64,000 nt of DNA from Candidatus Obscuribacterales bacterium (lineage in GTDB: Bacteria; Cyanobacteriota; Vampirovibrionia; Obscuribacterales; Obscuribacteraceae): positions 1,696,001 to 1,760,000 of the forward strand of contig CBDDIJ010000003.1 in assembly GCA_965228855.1 (NCBI GenBank), read 5' to 3'. The notes under the pieces are model-generated. The model did not search any database and was not told the DNA's origin. It was given only the letters and a program-made list of their open reading frames with translations. Each line of letters begins with the position of its first letter. Position 1 is the stretch's first letter. This document shows positions 62,101 through 64,000 of this stretch, piece after piece. The position numbers were made by a program, and so were the translations under genes.

Positions 62101-63153
62101 TCCTGAACCAGTTGAGATGTACAAATTCCCCACAGCGGAAACACGAGCGCCTTGACTATTGGTTACCGCTCCATGGAGCGATGTAAGCGTGAGCGCATCG
62201 GAACTACTTATGGTTCCTGAGTTGTTTATGTCGTTTCCAGCCGTCAATGCCAGGCTAGTTTTAGATTCGACGTCTCCACGCACCATCGTTTCAGGAAGAA
62301 TTGTGGATATCGTTCCAGTACCAGTATTTACTATTTCATCGGCAAGGATAGAAATTTCCCCGCGATTGTTTCTAGTTGAAAAACCATATATGGTGCCATG
62401 GTTAACAAGGTCGCCGTTAATCTCGAAAGTCTTTTTGTCAAATTGACCGATCGCTGAAACTTGTTCCGGTATGACCAGAGAGGAAACCTTTCGAGACACC
62501 GCTTCGTTGAGTGAAAAGTTGCCACCATCTGCGACACCGGAGCTAGTTAACGATATGCTCTGCGAGGAGCCTCCTAAAACCTCTTGAATCGCGACATATT
62601 CCCCAGCAGTTGCTGTCATTCCAGCGGTAAATGTTTTACTCTCACCACCCACGTTGATTGTCACGCTCTCAGCACGTCCAAATAGACGCGAGCCAAGCAC
62701 GACAGTCTGTTTATCCGAAGATAGATCCAGTTCAAATCCGCGGCGATTGAGGCTTGGCTCCCCAAGTTCGCTAGTCGATATTCCAAGGCTTTGACCGCGA
62801 ACATGACTGTTTGAAACAGTCGAGTCTAAAACAGGAAGAGTAGAAGTCTGACTCAGCCGGTGAAGATCACGCGCCTGCCGGGCATTGATCCGGTCAGCAA
62901 TGCGCTCGGCAATTCTATCGTCGACACCTCGAGCGTTGTGCCGAATATCTGAATTACGGGCTTGTTCAACGACGGACCGTCTCTCCGCCATTCGTTCGGC
63001 CCGATTCGCTCTCTGGAGATCGGGCGTGAAACCTGTAATCGCCCGACCGTGCGCACCGTTCGCCAATGCTGGTGTCGCAGAAACGAGCATAGACATGCTT
63101 GTAAGAACCAGCGTGTTGAAGGAAGGTACGCCGACTTTAGCTTGCTTCTTCAT
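53161..63153 (-). CDS. Giant secreted beta-helix repeat protein C (3330 aa), haemagglutinin-like
   Basis: AGGAGG RBS and signal peptide ending PALA. N-terminal module homologous to A and B, G/T/S/N-rich beta repeats, an S/T/P linker and a distinct C-terminal globular domain. Confidence 0.88.
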   Translation of the reverse strand: MKKQAKVGVPSFNTLVLTSMSMLVSATPALANGAHGRAITGFTPDLQRANRAERMAERRSVVEQARNSDIRHNARGVDDRIAERIADRINARQARDLHRLSQTSTLPVLDSTVSNSHVRGQSLGISTSELGEPSLNRRGFELDLSSDKQTVVLGSRLFGRAESVTINVGGESKTFTAGMTATAGEYVAIQEVLGGSSQSISLTSSGVADGGNFSLNEAVSRKVSSLVIPEQVSAIGQFDKKTFEINGDLVNHGTIYGFSTRNNRGEISILADEIVNTGTGTISTILPETMVRGDVESKTSLALTAGNDINNSGTISSSDALTLTSLHGAVTNSQGARVSAVGNLYISTGSGQLNNAGLVSSGGDVNINAPAGTGLDINGVGGTIQAAGNINVRSCDLAGDVDMLGGDYLSSALNIRTGSGALTGSVGQVTGTLNTSGYAAHFTADTENLIMGDNIQDGDPTWASTGNISITGNVTANEDITILAGGNITGTGVTISTANSVTPEGGVFKPSTNITIIAGANVSTSGTTTTTIPGTSITTGTATVDFTGGAGGSVTLSNVTINSSSTLPFAPNNNDFNQENGGNVTIVAYANGATGGVVTTGDIITTSSFGKGGNVSVIAGANLASTITVGNISTSGGGSASSSFSGSGDVSLVASQAGMDFGTSITFNPDGSVASDGHIVPVGSVSATAGITSGSINTGNQSLNTDVAGNVLIRGGTYTNTTGDINTTARQVGGNVRIEVAGALNLTGRDVRTSVSGQSGGLGQSSGSIYLSGSTVTVDELVTGGNSTTTAGAITARATTGAISTGLVNAQGNTSNNSYSNGDVVMDAATTLTINSASTNSILANNVVLGSSNGISITSLGSTSIDAIGNVFLVTGNSGNAATISISGGIDTSGVTAGFIEIVNNAATTASTNVTVGALTTNTIAQNGQAGSVSVVSSGGISLGAISATSLVGQIGPQARGGSVFISSGGTGANAITVGTINTSALTAPGNIILLSSGASTVANPTNITHGAFTQTGALSGSNLSASLNGASATIPSTVYITTTLTGPSAINIRPGGYQAQQGTLGTPIDFTINSPDFRFIVPINVGATGDSMFLGALTQATGNNGFSLVTSGTLNVTENLISGGDSGPIAINARGGLIANSGVQIGLGSRNAIVLASVQQGFDVSLFNAKAGDDIVVAGKIDASNAAGSGSAVAFVSELATVYTNDISTFGTGVGALGGGVTLQALKHVTSGDINASSYLTGTTFNASGGGNILMESSGVILTGDLTDTGNGRISLNSDNDPSNSGSTLRTGNIVSLYTATGSVSESTVSLRSGGNGGATVTGNITTASATGSSGGVSIVSGSTGVLTGDIDTSSNGLTAGNVFISSTGDVRFASIDASTSGTNQNGQGGTVEVVTDIQRSISWGSGDIDTAARYTGASNGSGGRVDLAAGFITGYDILTGASNNNGAGDGGSVTISASNYLFMKDINTSAFGVTAIGGTGGDVTIAGGNDSSISLNTRHINTSGFTEGGAVSEYSGYWIVAQDIYTNSARKGGDVKLIGFNFVTTFDINTSAASLSALSAEGGSVEIASANEIIFIVDDIITSATSVGGDATGGSIGMVSTGRITVLNGGIDASATTSGAGKAVAGDVFSSTSASGSSDIGFFNTSATGDVGNTKDGNIFLGARNGNTGSYGSFSLIGTTPAANFFFNSAATVSGPTATISVKPGNINIVAGPYQTIGTLATPVNLTLDFGGDSRLLVPLMTYTATTGEGIFVSGVNANNATVGGTFAYENNGYDVHLIGYGLAPGSMTQPGNKITGNITANPVLTGTAGDVEIFTFLGMGQTSGTISGNSLTLTSLGGSNITASNPIRTDVPTLTARAFYVGTVPATRNVYIQSTRNGTVTLDGFSGVTGSIGSTLSITGGNTTSFNLAENASLLGSNIELITSGTASSIVIDGGISAHSRFSTVELRAASVQVGNAGLVRAASMFIETAGLANNGVIEATRTSAVVDNSTVGYPANLSLTGTGRLVAPTTVSLSTTGNINFGGLIQGGLLTLSPGQSLIMVAGGNITATGGNTNFKIATSGTAGDAGSFIAAAGVLYSIDDTTYAITLPAGNPSSATGGSIILDGSNSGYIADEIDLSSVSGSGGQLTLIAQGPTTANNRVLLPLGGYVKTGGLSENGNVIMYAIGPSSGTGNAIQVGDISIGENIANLGVIDIEVGALNNDVPITITGPITTQPIIDDSIGNGSVVTGELRTNKGLVFVYANDNLTVDFTNEGLNAITAEFDAANGTFALPVSTLTVSADLTGAGGNIYVGAQNLSWLNQGTTALTLNADANLATVGAGGFVQFRQGNTTQLQTGTGAGQLNVSAVGNLVGGTTNISTGGILAVDQAQLNLGPLGTDGEGPSIALQGSSVVSTTPGTALAIDVSGKGSGDGGNIFVVQTGSAPAFIDTTNSAGHFSFNISGGPTAGSPGFLSFVNGGDLTVDTSGYSNQIFGADGNGGALEFVAGGPYGQGNLTIIGTLSAAAKGNGIGGQILLGSNDPVNTMTIGGKTQPVNGIAGFPIVTGAVNGGVTITNFGGDVTALSTPKTGIRFITLAAGGIGNVIVPKKFGNSSLDLTFRTFGTGDVIGQTSKATVTGRNVEFQAINGDVGASNAPIVVNATNVGARGVNVDITAKKDLNLSLLSSATNRFSATGGNIISTGTITAPNMVLTAKGVVAQNLNGDSPLSIDADNLTIDAGTAVISSDGLSPINVTSTSTKSKVISIVAQDDINVTSAIGGKKTFISLNSLGDINTAGSGLISGATLQMVAQGGIGTTAALQVSAANLSADSQTLVRINDVASSITLNSVSAANGDVDITTGTSAKSLETAPGALITANNGHITLQNNNASKGTITIGAGSYIATSGFGGGDVSILIGGTTSTAGTAPTGVTFTVDGVPVTTPLPANTFFFGANGITVTDTSASTPTIDMNVLGGKSVIFNTGTQSAKAITVEGGGTSITADPPITSSPSTQSASTSESFSSTIQSLPTSPATSSRSAQVTTPEGRGTAGATVLEAFVPRLDALTSNQAQLSSGLFAHDAPQAAILSNQNSANLSASMNLFPTSSAELVVEDNGLERQLLSSMAESQVHFGTQPRDGWMSETELSSGHIPGIVYCDQDLEIKSDVSTIVDFTKSETSTHRLDKGAVLFAPTVSTRVETPHGNIRIDANSVVFVVSFKDGVAIFDIDDAHKNAVSVTVADREVKLAPGNHVLLTHNSVRTMDDINPAQFIGHRNLKEHSFSNAKMFTSEFSIPNAISAVMPVKQLFASKHHHTKQLANHLMKTVAIHMHLDPSGSEYKQLVRPSTTAFAKN

Positions 63154-63572
63154 GGGAAGGAGCCTCCTTAAAATGTGCCCGACAGTGCGCCTGGTTCGCC
63201 AGGTATCGAACCAAACAGTGCTTCCATATTGAACGCAGCGCTTAGAGATGTTTGAGCGTGCGTGCTTTTTAAAAGGTTTCCCGTCCGCGGGCAGGTGTCA
63301 TTGAACACAACCGGCGGCAATCCGAAAAAAGCGTGGACCCCCGACACTTTTTTCGACAAGCACAATGATCGCACAAAGCGACAATTCACTCCTTAGAGTC
63401 CTAAAAACGGTAAACTCCGACCGTTTTTGAAACATGACAGCCTGTCAGGAGTTTGAAACTCTGCTGAAATACTTGCCTCTAAAAAGAACAAACATTAATG
63501 CGAAAATCACCCGTTCGGCGAATAGTCATTATTGATCTTTTTGAGGATGATATGTACTGCGAAGCTTATGTC

Positions 63573-63998
63573 TCAGCTACCTGTGCCTGAGGCTAACTGT
63601 CTTTCGGCCTCGACGGCGTAGACGATATTCTCGTCTGCGAATTTTGAGCAGCGCGTTATCACAGTTTTAGTTACATCAAATTTATCGTGACGGACGAGCG
63701 CGCGCACCAGCCAGGTCAGCTCGGCAGGCAGATATTCGCCCGGCTGTAGTGGCTCAAACTCGTCTAGCTTCTTCGAGACGATTCGGCTTAAGACCTCAGC
63801 GGAATCTTTGCCGGGATTAGCCCAGCACCAGCCGGCTGCAGCGGAAAGAGCGACGGCATCCGGACGCTGCATAAGTTGAGATACTACCTGATTGGCAGAG
63901 TCCGCATCCTGACCCTCGAGGGTTTTCCAAATCACAGGCCAGTAAAGCGGGAATTCATCGGGAGGAGTGATACCACGGGCAGTGTACGCAGTTCTTGC
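63573..63998 (-). CDS. Hypothetical protein, 5'-truncated by the window edge
   Basis: Frame stays open to the window end (ARTAYTARGITPPDEFPLYWPVIWKTL...). Confidence 0.6.
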   Translation of the reverse strand, partial: ARTAYTARGITPPDEFPLYWPVIWKTLEGQDADSANQVVSQLMQRPDAVALSAAAGWCWANPGKDSAEVLSRIVSKKLDEFEPLQPGEYLPAELTWLVRALVRHDKFDVTKTVITRCSKFADENIVYAVEAERQLASGTGS

Positions 63999-64000
63999 TG

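Noticed and set aside
54143..63232. Plus-strand ORFs inside giant gene C
   Set aside because: Antisense shadows with no independent motifs.

Overview
Gene-dense bacterial window with no rRNA, tRNA, CRISPR array or mobile element that I could recognise. The repertoire (TPR-bearing Hanks kinases, DUF6745, caspase-TPR and DUF4384 fusions, very large secreted beta-rich proteins, a group-2-like sigma factor) suggests a non-photosynthetic Cyanobacteriota relative such as Obscuribacterales/Vampirovibrionia. That placement is inference. Identifiable genes include a beta-carbonic anhydrase, pckG, citrate synthase, hppD-hmgA, a sigma-70 factor, Ku, two-component proteins, a Zn-dependent dehydrogenase, two HxlR regulators, an FeS-BCP (6-4) photolyase, a CbbX/SpoVK-type AAA+ ATPase and an orphan Dam-family methylase. 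Most notable: (1) a co-oriented secreted module of lipase-like hydrolase-DUF4384, catalytically dead caspase-TPR and membrane kinase-TPR, in which the peptide SGAK(S/D)L occurs three times with different codons, a candidate proteolytic-signalling system; (2) three giant secreted proteins sharing a roughly 600-aa N-terminal module with no recognisable export domain, two of them carrying 17 colinear PGRS-like Gly-hairpin/beta-strand modules and a spacing-conserved upstream element; (3) a zinc-ribbon protein fused to an ATPase-less CpaF N-domain, a frameshifted gene, and an anthrax-lethal-factor-like peptidase.
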